Below are positions 63,820-64,000 of a stretch of 64,000 nt of DNA, one piece after another. Position numbers and translations under genes: made by a program. Origin of the DNA: Octopus bimaculoides (Eukaryota). Below the pieces are notes generated by a model. It was not told the DNA's origin, searched no databases, and saw only the letters and a program-made list of their open reading frames with translations. The stretch lies in contig NC_068991.1 of assembly GCF_001194135.2 (NCBI RefSeq), forward strand, positions 10,350,135-10,414,134, given 5' to 3'. Numbering within the stretch: the stretch's first letter is position 1; the number at the start of each line of letters is the position of its first letter.

Positions 63820-64000
63820 CATCATCATCATTTAACGTCCGCTTTCCATGCTAGCATGGGTTGGACGATTTGACTGAGGACTGGTGCAACCGGATGGCTA
63901 CACCAGGCTCCAATCTAATTTGGCAGAGTTTCTACAGCTGGATGCCCTTCCTAACGCCAACCACTCAGAGAGTGTAGTGGGTGCTTTTACGTGTCACTCG
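63817..64000 (-). mobile_element. SINE-like family A with (GAT)n tail (representative copy)
   Basis: Near-identical ~190-bp unit (..GTTAGGAAGGGCATCCAGCTGTAGAAACTCTGCC..GCGGACGTTAAACGATGATG). Other copies are at about 1436, 3085, 14241, 22494, 25575, 27905, 29177, 32128, 36638, 37338, 45002, 46301, 48023 and 55955, in both orientations. Confidence 0.85.

Noticed and set aside
1436-64000. Many near-identical ~190-bp repeats suggesting a CRISPR-like or satellite array
   Set aside because: Copies are dispersed, in both orientations, with simple-repeat tails and some TSDs. They are retroposons, not regularly spaced repeats.

Overview
AT-rich, repeat-dense metazoan genomic DNA with about 16 N-gaps. 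The SINE and microsatellite landscape looks like an octopod cephalopod (inference; no database was consulted). Two intron-containing genes lie tail-to-tail. (1) On the + strand, a small HD-domain gene (6324-11822) whose protein closely follows the bacterial organophosphonate-cleaving diiron oxygenase PhnZ; most of its last exon is hidden in a gap. (2) On the - strand, LRPPRC (59770-20744): 33 coding exons can be chained by hand with GT-AG ends, about 1220 codons are visible, and three splice-phase breaks show at least three further exons hidden in N-gaps. The rest is SINEs (at least four families), Tc1/mariner remnants, hAT- and piggyBac-type MITEs, an RTE 3' fragment and simple repeats. The most unusual items are the spliced animal PhnZ-like gene, two fold-back elements whose arms carry Penelope-type minimal hammerhead ribozyme motifs (one with tRNA-like Pol III heads), and a palindromic (TTAGGG)n/(CCCTAA)n element upstream of LRPPRC.
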